The notes below the pieces were generated by a model. The model had not been told where the DNA came from. It did no database searches and saw nothing but the letters and a program-made list of their open reading frames with translations. A stretch of DNA of 64,000 bases, taken from contig NIVC01000029.1 in NCBI GenBank assembly GCA_002269645.1, positions 434,001 to 498,000 on the forward strand, in the 5' to 3' direction. This document shows, piece by piece, positions 1-17,800 of this stretch; position 1 is the stretch's first letter; every line of letters starts with the position of its first letter. The stretch comes from Macrostomum lignano (lineage: Eukaryota). A program made the position numbers and the translations under genes.

Positions 1-24
1 CATCCTCGCATCTGTTCTACCCTT

Positions 25-1249
25 TGCACCCGCTCTACCCTCCGCACCGCTTGGCGCTCCTTACCCATTTTATCCTCCGCACCCGCTTTGCCCTTTGCAC
101 CCGCTTCACCCTCCGCACCCGCTTCAAATATTCGCACCCGCTTTACCCTCCGCACCCGCTTCACCCTCCGCACCCGCTTCAAATATTCGCACACGCTTTA
201 CCCTCCACACCCGCTTCACCCTCCGCACCCGCTTCAAATATTCGCACCCGCTTCAAATATTCGCACCCGCTTCACCCTCCGCACCCGCTTCACCCTCCGC
301 ACCCGCTTCACCCCCGCACCCGCTTCAAATATTCGCACCCGCTTTGCCCTTCGCACCCGCTTCACCCTCCGCACCCGCTTCAAATATTCGCACCCGCTTC
401 ACCCTCCGCACCCGCTTCACCCCCGCACCCGCTTCAAATATTCGCACCCGCTTTGCCCTTCGCACCCGCTTCACCCTCCGCACCCGCTTCAAATATTCGC
501 ACCCGCTTCAAATATTCGCACCCGCTTCACCCTCCGCACCCGCTTCACCCTCCGCACCCGCTTCACCCCCGCACCCGCTTCAAATATTCGCACCCGCTTT
601 GCCCTTCGCACCCGCTTCACCCTCCGCACCCGCTTCAAATATTCGCACCCGCTTCACCCTCCGCACCCGCTTCACCCCCGCACCCGCTTCAAATATTCGC
701 ACCCGCTTTGCCCTTCGCACCCGCTTCACCCTCCGCACCCGCTTCAAATATTCGCACACGCTTTACCCTCCACACCCGCTTCACCCTCCGCACCCGCTTC
801 AAATATTCGCACCCGCTTCAAATATTCGCACCCGCTTCACCCTCCGCACCCGCTTCACCCTCCGCACCCGCTTCACCCCCGCACCCGCTTCAAATATTCG
901 CACCCGCTTTGCCCTTCGCACCCGCTTCACCCTCCGCACCCGCTTCAAATATTCGCACCCGCTTCACCCTCCGCACCCGCTTCACCCCCGCACCCGCTTC
1001 AAATATTCGCACCCGCTTTGCCCTTCGCACCCGCTTCACCCTCCGCACCCGCTTCAAATATTCGCACCCGCTTTACCCTCCGCACCCGCTTCACCCTCCG
1101 CACCCGCTTCAAATATTCGCACACGCTTTACCCTCCACACCCGCTTCACCCTCCGCACCCGCTTCACCCTCCGCACCCGCTTCAAATATTCGCACACGCT
1201 TTACCCTCCGCACCTGCTTCACCCTCCGCACCCGCTTCACCCTCCGCAG
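25..1249 (+). repeat. Compound 18-19 bp minisatellite in the intron upstream of PNPO-like copy 1
   Basis: Interleaved units CACCCGCTTCACCCTCCG, CACCCGCTTCAAATATTCG and CACCCGCTTTGCCCTTCG with higher-order periodicity. Explains ORFs 24..1409 and 88..1512 and the N-terminal part of 95..1936. Confidence 0.95.
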
Positions 1250-1936
1250 CCGCACACAAAGCCCATCCGCGATCCGAAGGACGCGATCAGCCGCGGCTTC
1301 TCGCAGCCGTTCTGCCTGTTCCGCCGCTGGCAGAAGGACGCCGCCAGATGCGGTCAGTTCGGCAACGCCGACACCTTCGTCCTCGCCACGGCCTGCCCGC
1401 AGTCCATGACGCCATCGCAGCGGCCCATGCAGCTCGCCGACGTCTGCGACAACTCCTTTCTGTTCCTGTCCACCTTGCACAGCCGCAAGGGCAGCCAAAT
1501 ATCGCAGAATAAAAATGTCTGCCTGTACTTTGATTGGCTGCCAATCGGCCGTCACGTGACCGTGGCCGGCGAGACTTCCATGATCAGAGACCGTCACGTG
1601 ATCAACAGCTACTTCCAGAAGATGTTCACGCCAGACCTGAAGTGCTACTTCAGCGCTATCGACTCCAACCAGAGCAAGGTGATCGACTCAGAGTTCAAGG
1701 AGAAATTCCAGGAGCTGAGGCACAAGCTGGCCCAGTACAAGGACTCCAAGATTCCGCCGCCAGAGTCCATGCTGCTCTTCAAGGTGGAGCCGAATCACTT
1801 CGAGTTCTACGAGAACTCCAAGGAGGTCGGCAACGTGCGGCTGACCTACGCGCGATTCGTTGAGGGCACGCCAGTAGACAATAGGTTCACCTTCTGCGCC
1901 AACCCCGACTGGGTTATTGAGCAGATTGCTCAGTGA
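1250..1936 (+). CDS. Divergent pyridoxine/pyridoxamine 5'-phosphate oxidase (PNPO/PdxH)-like protein, terminal coding exon, copy 1; 5' exon outside the window
   Basis: Acceptor CAG at 1247-1249, phase 0, then PHTKPIRDPKD...WVIEQIAQ*. Colinear with recalled PNPO motifs: F..W..DA, VLAT, SRK, LYFDW..GRHV.V.G, YF, QS, P.P, EF, C-terminal W..E.(I/L)A. Confidence 0.8.
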   Translation, partial: PHTKPIRDPKDAISRGFSQPFCLFRRWQKDAARCGQFGNADTFVLATACPQSMTPSQRPMQLADVCDNSFLFLSTLHSRKGSQISQNKNVCLYFDWLPIGRHVTVAGETSMIRDRHVINSYFQKMFTPDLKCYFSAIDSNQSKVIDSEFKEKFQELRHKLAQYKDSKIPPPESMLLFKVEPNHFEFYENSKEVGNVRLTYARFVEGTPVDNRFTFCANPDWVIEQIAQ

Positions 1937-2339
1937 GTGGCGAATTTTGTTTAGAGAAAAAACTCTCGATGCGATTAATAGTAGCAATATCTGCGTATTT
2001 TTGGCATTTTTTTCGTAACATTCTGTATGATACAATTTCATTTTTCTATTTCCTTTTGCTTGTTTCAACTACAAACGAACTCAGGACGAAATATATCGCT
2101 TTAGTTTGAACTTGCTCATCCACTGAGTACCCATTTTTCATATTGTACGCTAGTAACATTGCATTGGAGAGTGGGCTTTCTGAATTGCTGTTATTTGTTT
2201 GGGTATTAAAATTTCAAGCCAATATAGCTTTTAAAACATTTTGTCTACCAAATCTTGCAGTTCTTTTTAATGATACAAGCTCGGGACACCTGATTAGAGC
2301 AGCCGTCCCGTCTTATCGTATCTGCGCTCATCAAAGGAT

Positions 2340-3830
2340 CCGCCCCATCTTATCTGTGTTCATCAAAGGAGCCCACACCCATCTTATCTGTGTTCATCAA
2401 AGGAGCCCACACCCATCTTATCTCTCTTTATCAAAGGAGCCCACACCCATCGTATCTGTGTTCATCAAAGGAGCCCACACCCATCTTATCTCTCTTTATC
2501 AAAGGAGCCCACACCCATCTTATCTGTGTTCATCAAAGGAGCCCACACCCATCTTATCTGTGTTCATCAAAGGAGCCCACACCCATCTTATCTGTGTTCA
2601 TCAAAGGAGCCCACACCCATCTTATCTGTGTTCATCAAAGGAGCCCACACCCATCTTATCTGTGTTCATCAAAGGAGCCCACACCCATCTTATCTCTCTT
2701 TATCAAAGGAGCCCACACCCATCGTATCTGTGTTCATCAAAGGAGCCCACACCCATCTTATCTCTCTTTATCAAAGGAGCCCACACCCATCTTATCTGTG
2801 TTCATCAAAGGAGCCCACACCCATCTTATCTGTGTTCATCAAAGGAGCCCACACCCATCTTATCTGTGTTCATCAAAGGAGCCCACACCCATCTTATCTG
2901 TGTTCATCAAAGGAGCCCACACCCATCTTATCTGTGTTCTTCAAAGGAGCCCACACCCATCTTATCTGTGTTCATCAAAGGAGCCCACACCCATCTTATC
3001 TGTGTTCTTCAAAGGAGCCCACACCCATCTTATCTGTGTTCATCAAAGGAGCCCACACCCATCTTATCTGTGTTCTTCAAAGGAGCCCACACCCATCTTA
3101 TCTGTGTTCTTCAAAGGAGCCCACACCCATCGTATCTGTGTTCATCAAAGGAGCCCACACCCATCTTATCTGTGTTCTTCAAAGGAGCCCACACCCATCT
3201 TATCTGTGTTCATCAAAGGAGCCCACACCCATCTTATCTGTGTTCATCAAAGGAGCCCACACCCATCTTATCTGTGTTCTTCAAAGGAGCCCACACCCAT
3301 CTTATCTGTGTTCTTCAAAGGAGCCCACACCCATCTTATCTGTGTTCATCAAAGGAGCCCACACCCATCTTATCTGTGTTCATCAAAGGAGCCCACACCC
3401 ATCTTATCTGTGTTCTTCAAAGGAGCCCACACCCATCTTATCTGTGTTCTTCAAAGGAGCCCACACCCATCTTATCTGTGTTCATCAAAGGAGCCCACAC
3501 CCATCTTATCTGTGTTCATCAAAGGAGCCCACACCCATCTTATCTGTGTTCTTCAAAGGAGCCCACACCCATCTTATCTGTGTTCATCAAAGGAGCCCAC
3601 ACCCATCTTATCTGTGTTCATCAAAGGAGCCCACACCCATCTTATCTGTGTTCTTCAAAGGAGCCCACACCCATCTTATCTGTGTTCATCCAAGGAGCCC
3701 ACACCCAATCTTATCTGTATTTATCAAAGGACAAAAGGAGCCCACACCCATATCTTAATTGTGTTCATCAAAAGAGCCGCCCCATCTTTATTCCGCCCAT
3801 GCAGACCCAATCAACTCATCAAAGGAGCCG
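2340..3830. repeat. 34-bp minisatellite, about 40 copies
   Basis: Unit AAAGGAGCCCACACCCATCTTATCTGTGTTCATC; source of ORFs 2143..3834, 2390..3850 and 2526..3758. Confidence 0.95.
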
Positions 3831-4130
3831 CTGAAACCGAAATCAAATGAAATAAAATAAAAATGAAAAATCAATCGAAGCATCACACAAAGTTTCAGTT
3901 AAAAATCGTTGTCTTACATGTCCGTGATGGCAAAATATTGATTAACCTTCAATTCAACGTTACTACTTCAACCTATTTATTCGTCGTTACATAGACATAT
4001 CAGCGCGAGGCAAATATCAATTTTTGGAAACGAAGTCTTTGCGGGCGGAATCAAATTGATAACCAGTTCTATTTTTACAATGTCTGTTCTCGGGCCTTTA
4101 TCTTGCCACCTAAACACCCGAGACTTCAAG

Positions 4131-4202
4131 TCCCTGATGGTCTAGCGGTTAGGATCCCTGGTTTTCACCCAGGTGGCCCGGGTTCGACTCCCGGTCAGGG
4201 AA
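4131..4202 (+). tRNA. tRNA-Glu (anticodon TTC)
   Basis: Acceptor stem TCCCTGA/TCAGGGA; anticodon arm CCTGG-TTTTCAC-CCAGG (TTC at 4164-4166); T-arm GGTTCGACTCCC; oligo-T Pol III terminator just downstream. Confidence 0.97.
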
Positions 4203-4682
4203 ATTAATTTTTTTACGTCGATAAAAAAATAACATTACTTATATAACTGACACAAAATTAGGTGCGAAATTAAAAAAATAAATATAATAGATGTACTGCT
4301 TATATGTACTTTCTTTGACAAAGTTTATTTCGATAATCAAGGCTAATAAATTTACATGTATGACATATAATTAAAGTGCACATTCATATGCGAAGTTGAA
4401 CAAATTAATATTACTGATCAATAAGCATTAGCCCTTATTTATACTTAACTTCAGAATTGAAACAGTCAATATTTTGCACGACGCCTGCGTCGCGATGCTA
4501 TTAGTAATTAAATAAAATTCTCTAATTCAAGTAGCAAAAGTAGCATAGCTAGAATACTACGGTATTTTTTCGAAACGTAACAAAATTCACATCAATGGCC
4601 GTTTAAAGTGAAAAAATGAAATGAAAAACGAAATAAATTTAAAAGACTTCAATCCGACAAATAGCTATTTGTACCTGTTCTA

Positions 4683-4870
4683 CAACAGGTGAAAGATCCC
4701 AGTCCATGAACAGGTGGTAGATTCCCAGTCCATTAACAGGTGAAAGATCCCAGTCCATGAACAGGTGAAAGATTCCAGTCCATGAACAGGTGGTAGATCC
4801 ACAGTCCATGAACAGGTGAGAGATCCCAGTCCATAAGCAGGTGAGATCCCAGTCCATATACAGGTCAGAG
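4683..4870. repeat. 25-bp minisatellite, about 7 copies, just 3' of tectonic
   Basis: Unit AACAGGTGAAAGATCCCAGTCCATG with variants. Confidence 0.85.
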
Positions 4871-5070
4871 ATCCCTGCACTACAAATGACACTCTCAAAA
4901 ATCCATGTTACACAGATCCTACACGTGACTCCAATTGATAATACAGTATGATAACAAATGGTGTCATTTGCAATCTTAACATTCTGTTTTGAGCTGTTAT
5001 AAATCTAAATACTTGTACCAATCAACAGGTAAGTACGCAACAATTTAGTAACCCTAAAACCAGTTAGCAG

Positions 5071-10591
<5,521 letters not shown>

Positions 10592-11064
10592 TATGAAGAA
10601 ACGCTGGTATCGAAGCAGAAGCAAAAATATGCAAGTATAAATGGAAACGTCCTAAATAGTCGTAAAATTGTTGTGGAATTCCAAAACTTAAATTGCGCCG
10701 TTTGCTTAGATACTTAGTATAACAAAATTATTAAGACTTCTTAGCTAATGTTTTTTAAACTGCTTGTCAAATCTCTAGGTATATAAGTAGCTTTTTTAAT
10801 TATAATTATTTCTATTGTGAAACGAAAAAAACTTTCTACAAATATTGAGTATTTGCTCTTTTTAACTTCCAATATTTTTAGGCAATTTAACGGACTTCAT
10901 TGCAGAATTAGTGACAAATGAAGATTTCAGCAGAAGCGGAAAACTTTAGGATCGCCAAAAATTGTCCTGAATATTAAATAAATCTTAAATTTATACGGAG
11001 GCTCAGATATTAATATATTTGTAAATTCTCGACCTTGTTGAAGGACACCAGATAGAAGCAGAAC

Positions 11065-14000
11065 ATGGGAGATTACGACGATTTAAAGAAAAGAATTGAT
11101 ACTTTTATTAAAGAGGTAAAGTGCTCATTTTATGCATCTAATTAGTATAAGTTACGTAGAAACACAGCCATTCAGTCGATTGTATTAATTAGAAGTGAAA
11201 AAGAATGCACATCATTTAATTCAGTGACTATTATTTTTGAGGTCTTCATTTCTATGGTCTGGATAATGTGTTGTAATTTTTTACTTGCAGCGAATTTAAA
11301 GCCTGCAGGTTTTAATGTATTTTAATACGTTGTTATGTTCTGCATGCTGCATGCATTTTATTTTAATTTATGTTCTTTGAATGTTTTTTAAATGTGTTAA
11401 ATTTTATGTATTACTTGAAATAAAAACATCTTATGTATGTTTGTATGCAGTTTTGCTGTTAAACTGTTGTAGTAGGAGAGGAGAAAAAGGCCAGAATATT
11501 TATTTAGTAGCACTTAGCTAAAGTATACTCGTACGTCATAATGTCAATATTGATATTTTAGTGTCCATGCAACCTTTTAGGTCAAAGGATTTGCTTCAGG
11601 CATTGCTGGAACAAGTACAGAAATAGAAAGCAACCAAAACAAGTAAGCTTCTAGTCAATGACAATTAGCAATAGAACTCTTCATTTTTTCTTTTTATCAA
11701 CTTGACCACAGTTTTTAATCTAACCTTGCGATTGAATTTCAGATATGTTGAACTTCGCACTCAACAAAAAGCCTTCATCAAGGAAGTCACGGAATTCAAG
11801 GTGACTGAATAAAAATAATTTTAAAAAAATTCTGACTGAAAAAAATAGTTCAAACTGAACGAATAATGTTAATCTTAAGTTCGAATTTTCTCTTAATTTT
11901 ATCTACAATATCCTGATTGAATTTCAGCCGGCTAAGAAAGTTTTCCTTTTGGATAAGAAAAAATCAAACTTGGTGAAGTCTCTTCAAGAGGAGCTGGTAA
12001 GTCAGCCAATGCTGCCTTTCTATAAATTCATAGTTTTGTTTTAACTAATGCGATAATTTTTGTTTATTCAGACGAAATCCAGCAAACTGATGGAGAAGCA
12101 CAGTATCCCTGTTCCTCCAGAGCCAGAAGAGGCTGAAGCTGAAGACAAAGAAACAGACAACGCCGCGGAAACAACAGCGGAACTGAATGCGGAAGAAGCT
12201 GCACCGGCCACTCCAGCTTCAGCGCCGAATCCGGAAAATTCAGGAGCGGCTGCAGCTGCCGCGGCAGAAGAAGAGGAAGAAGAATACGATGAGGACGAAG
12301 AAGAAGAAGAAGAGGAAGAAGAAGATGAAGAAGAAGAAGAAGCAGAAGAAGACCCAGCAGATTCTGCAACAAAACTAAAAAAAGAAGAAGATTCGCAGCA
12401 GAAGACTTCAAGCGGCGATGAAACGGCGCCAAAACCGGCGCCAAGACAGGCGGCACCGGCGCCGAGAAAAACAGACGAAGAGTATGATCAACCGGATCAT
12501 GTGGCTGCAGAAGCAGAAGCTAGAGACAACGAAGAAGAAGAAGACGAGGAGGAAGAAGAAGAAGATGAGGAAGAAGAAGAAGAGGAAGAAGACGATATGC
12601 GCTCGCTGGCATCGGACGAGCCGAATCTCTACGAAGTTCTGCACGCCTACACTGGCCGGGAGTCCGACATGCTGACCATAGTGCCCGGCGAACAGCTGCT
12701 GGTGCTGCGCGTTGGGTGAGTCCGGGGAGTTCTAAATATAAAAATCTGGAATTGTACTTAGAATCTGGATTGGGGGTGATGGACCACCTGACCACCTCTC
12801 ACTCTACAAGAACTTGGCGCCTTCCACATCTCACCCTAGGTGCCTTCCACCTCAAGAAGAACTGGCCACCCAATTCCAATTTTTCAGAGATGACGGCTGG
12901 TGGTTAGCCAAGAACAGTCGAGGCCACGAAGGCTTAGTACCGTCCAATCTGCTCAAAGTGGTTGACGAGTCCGAGTCTGGAGAAGAAATTGATGGAGCTG
13001 GCGAATCCGAAGAGGACAGCGAATACGAGGAGACAGAGAGGCCTGCTGGGACTGCTGATGCGGCTGCTGAGCAGCAAGAGGCAAGTTAATCAATGCTGCG
13101 TATTCGACATGCGAATTGATTTTGTTTCCTTTTTAAAAAATACAAATGGAAGAGGCCACTGTGATGTAATATCGGAGCTTTGAACTGAGATTAATGGGGT
13201 GCCCGCTTCAGCACACACTGGCGCCCACCGCTTCAGCACACAGTGGCGCCCACCGCTTCAGCACACAGTGGCGCCCACCGCTTCAGCACACAGTGGCGCC
13301 CACCGCTTCAGCACACTGTGGCGCCCACCGCTTCAGCACACAGTGGCGCCCACCACTTCAGCACACAGTGGCGCCCACCACTTCAGCACACAGTGGCGCC
13401 CACTGCTTTAGCACACAGTGGGGCCCACCGCTTCAGCACACAGTGGGGCCCACCACTTCAGCACACAGTGGGGCCCACCACTTCAGCACACAGTGGGGCC
13501 CACCACTTCAGCACACAGTGGCGCCCACCGCTTCAGCACACAGTGGGGCCCACCACTTCAGCACACAGTGGCGCCCACCACTTCAGCACACAGTGGCGCC
13601 CACCGCTTCAGCACACAGTGGGGCCCACCACTTCAGCACACAGTGGCGCCCACCACTTCAGCACACAGTGGCGCCCACTGCTTCAGCACACAGTGGGGCC
13701 CACCACTTCAGCACACAGTGGGGCCCACCACTTCAGCACACAGTGGCGCCCACCGCTTCAGCACACAGTGGCGCCCACCACATCAGCACACAGTGGCGCC
13801 CACCGCTTCAGCACACAGTGGGGCCCACTGCTTCAGCACACAGTGGGGCCCACCACTTCAGCACACAGTGGCGCCCACCACTTCAGCACACAGTGGCGCC
13901 CACCACTTCAGCACACAGTGGCGCCCACCGCTTCAGCACACAGTGGCGCCCACCACTTCAGCACACAGTGGCGCCCACCACTTCATCACACAGTGGCGCC

Positions 14001-14769
14001 CACCACTTCAGCACACTGTGACTCATCACATTCTTGCCATTCTATTCTTAGCAACTAATACTGAAATAAAATTAACCGTAAAATGCAGCGAGAGTCCTGG
14101 ATGGAGGACAGTGACGAATCGCTATACTCTGACAGCTCAATGCCAGATGGCAGCACTCAGCCAGCAAAGCACCAAATGCTGCCAATATTTGAGGTATTGC
14201 TCAATTTAGTAGGACTTTCTTCAAATCACTCAAAGCATTTCATTATTGATGCATTACGGATCCAGTGCTGAATTATTGTTTTTGCTGATTATGAGCTCGA
14301 TTTTTTTGATTAAATTTCTTTTAACTCAATTCAATTTTGTTATCAAAGTAGCCAAATAACTGGCCAAATTAAATCAAGGTTTGAGGCACGGCAATTGACA
14401 ATCACACCCGGGGAGGGCCAACCTCCCAAGGCGCACAGAGTGTACATGTCCTGACGATTAGAAAGTTAGCGCAGCTGTACACCCCATGTGAGCGTGTGCG
14501 ATGCCCACGAGTCAGCAGTCTTTTGTCTATAATAATTAGAGTTATCAATTCAATTTCATTCTTCCAGCGTTCGGTTAGCCAGAGCAGCCACCTGCTGTCG
14601 GGACTTCCATCGGGATTTCGGAACAGCACCCTGGCGAAATGGTTCTACGAAGGTGAGCGGCCGTGGGTGCCAGTTTGACTTCCTGTGCTGCATGGTTGTA
14701 ATGATTTTTATGTGCCTTTTTAAGGTGAATAGACAGACTGGTGCTTAAACAGACAGACAGACAGGCGTC

Positions 14770-14826
<57 letters not shown>

Positions 14827-14841
14827 CAGAGAGACAGACAG

Positions 14842-14872
<31 letters not shown>

Positions 14873-17800
14873 CTCAGACAGACAGAAAGACAGACAGACA
14901 GACACTCTGACAGACAGACAGACACTAAGACAGACACTAAGACACTAAGACAGAAAGACAGACAGACAGACACTCTGACAGACAGACAGACACTAAGACA
15001 GACAGACAGACAGACACATAGACAGACACACAGACAGACAGACAGACAGCCAGACAGACAGACAGCCAGACAGACAGACAGCCAGACACTAAGACAGACA
15101 GACAGACACTCTGACAGACAGACAGACAGACAGACAGACACACAGACAGACAGACACACCAAATTCATGAAATACCGAAATTTACCGAAATTTCTGTCTG
15201 CTCAAATGCATGAAATTTGCTTGAATATTCATTCAGTAAGTCTATCGTACCGTGTTCAGCGTCGCTACGCTGTGTAGCCGACATGGGATAATCTCACCCC
15301 TTATAAAACGTTATAAAATCGGCCCTGTTGTTGTCCATGGTTCCTGCTGTCCATGGCCGTCAAGAATTTCTAAGAAACCTGTTCATAGACCGTAAAGTGC
15401 TTTACTAGTTTCAATCATTCGTTGATTCTAAAATAACTCCGCACCAGGTTCCCACGGTCTGTCTGCTCACCTGACTCCGAAACTGTCGCGCAGTTGCCTT
15501 GGTTACAGAGATTTACTAACCAACCCAACAAGTCTTCAGGTATTGTCGCGTTTCCCAACAATGTCTTTGAAGATACGCTTGTAATTTCGCATGGCTGCCA
15601 TAATCCCGGATTCCTTTAGCGACGCGTTTGTCACTTTTGCACCTTAATGACTAGCTCGTAACTTAGCGATATGTACGTGATTGTAGCCGGTGGTAAATAT
15701 GGTTTAACCTTAATAGTGCACAACTGTAGCTATATTTTTCTAAGAATTAGCTCGTAATCAATTAATTTGTTAATAATTGGTAATCATACAAAATTATTAA
15801 ATAATGCAACCTAAAAACATAACTTGTCTCTCTTTTAAAAAATTGTGTTTTGTTAGAAATTCACTAAACTCCCCGCCTGTAGAAAATTGTTTAATCGCTT
15901 AAAATTCTTTAATCTTAAAATCAAGCAATTTTTTAGACCTATAAGTTTCAATGGTCGTGTTTTGGCTTTTTGTAGCTAATTTACATTTATTGCGCTTATT
16001 GACTATGCAGCATGTTGAGCTCAAACGCGCTAATTAACATAAAAACTAACTTTATTTATTTTCAATTGACTTTAACAAATTAACAAATTGTTAGTTAAAA
16101 GACTAAAAATAGCATCCTGTAATTACATTCGAATTAACATTCGTTAATTTTAATTAAATGACTTTACAATGATAAATGAATTACAATTGCAGGTGCAGGT
16201 CAATTCAGCTTAGCTAGCAGCTTGCAGCCAAAACTGGCTTCATCCTGTGCTGCAATGCAGGACGGATGGTGCGCTGCCGCTCAGGTACTGACTGGCATTG
16301 CCAGCAGCGCGTCTCACACGGATATATAATACATATTAGTCAACCTGTAGATTTTGTTCCCGCGGTTTGGTTAGCAGTTGAAAACAGACAGTTTAATTAA
16401 CTAATCACTTAAAGTTTTTGTCTGGTGTTTTTAAAAGTTAATAACAAAAAAATTTACCCTGTGCTTTAGCAAAATGGCAAAAAGCTAAACATTTAAACAA
16501 AACAGCAAAATGTTTTACCGGAAACCTCAACTTTAAATAATAGCTAGTGAAATTTTATCAATATCGTTTCATTGATCAGTATATTAATGTTCGAATTTTC
16601 CGGAAATATTATTGAAGACTGAAATTCATAACGTCGTTGAAATGCATTTTTAACTAGTATATTAGCTATATGTAAGTCTTCTAAACAAAAGTTTGTAATC
16701 GTCACTTAGGTTGCGATTATCCCCGCAGTGTTGCCACACCGGCGAATTTTAATCGCTGGGCGATTTTAAATAGCTGAGCGATTTTTTTGTCATATTCAGC
16801 AATTTTCAGCGATGTTTTATTCCTTGGGGTAGAATCCCACCCCCCAGAATTACCCCAGAATCGTAAGATTCTGGGGGTAAGAATCGTGAGATTATGGGGT
16901 GTAGAAATCGTAAGATTCTGGGGGTAAGAATCGTGAGATTCTGGGGTGTAGAAATCGTGAGATTCTGGGGTGTAGGAATCGTGAGATTCTGGGGGTAAGA
17001 ATCGTGAGATTCTGGGGTGTAGGAATCGTGAGATTCTGGGGTGTAGGAATCGTGAGATTCTGGGGTGTAGGAATCGTGAGATTCTGGGGGTAAGAATCGT
17101 AAGATTCTGGGGGTAAGAATCGTGAGATTCTGGGGGTAAGAATCGTGAGATTCTGGGGGTAAGAATCGTGAGATTCTGGGGTGTAGGAATCGTGAGATTC
17201 TGGGGTGTAGGAATCGTGAGATTCTGGGGGTAAGAATCGTGAGATTCTGGGGTGTAGAAATCGTGAGATTCTGGGGTGTAGGAATCGTGAGATTCTGGGG
17301 GTAAGAATCGTGAGATTCTGGGGTGTAGGAATCGTGAGATTCTGGGTGTAGGAATCGTGAGATTCTGGGGTAAGAATCGTGAGATTCTGGGGTGTAGGAA
17401 TCGTGAGATTCTGGGGTGTAGGAATCGTGAGATTCTGGGGTGTAGGAATCGTGAGATTCTGGGGTGTAGGAATCGTGAGATTCTGGGGGTAAGAATCGTG
17501 AGATTCTGGGGTGTAGGAATCGTGAGATTCTGGGGTGTAGGAATCGTGAGATTCTGGGGGTAAGAATCGTGAGATTCTGGGGGTAAGAATCGTGAGATTC
17601 TGGGGTGTAGGAATCGTGAGATTCTGGGGTGTAAGAATCGTGAGATTCTGGGGTGTAAGAATCGTGAGATTCTGGGGTGTAGGAATCGTGAGATTCTGGG
17701 GGTAAGAATCGTGAGATTCTGGGGTGTAGGAATCGTGAGATTCTGGGGTGTAGGAATCGTGAGATTCTGCATGGGGTGTAGGAATCGTGAGATTCTGGGG

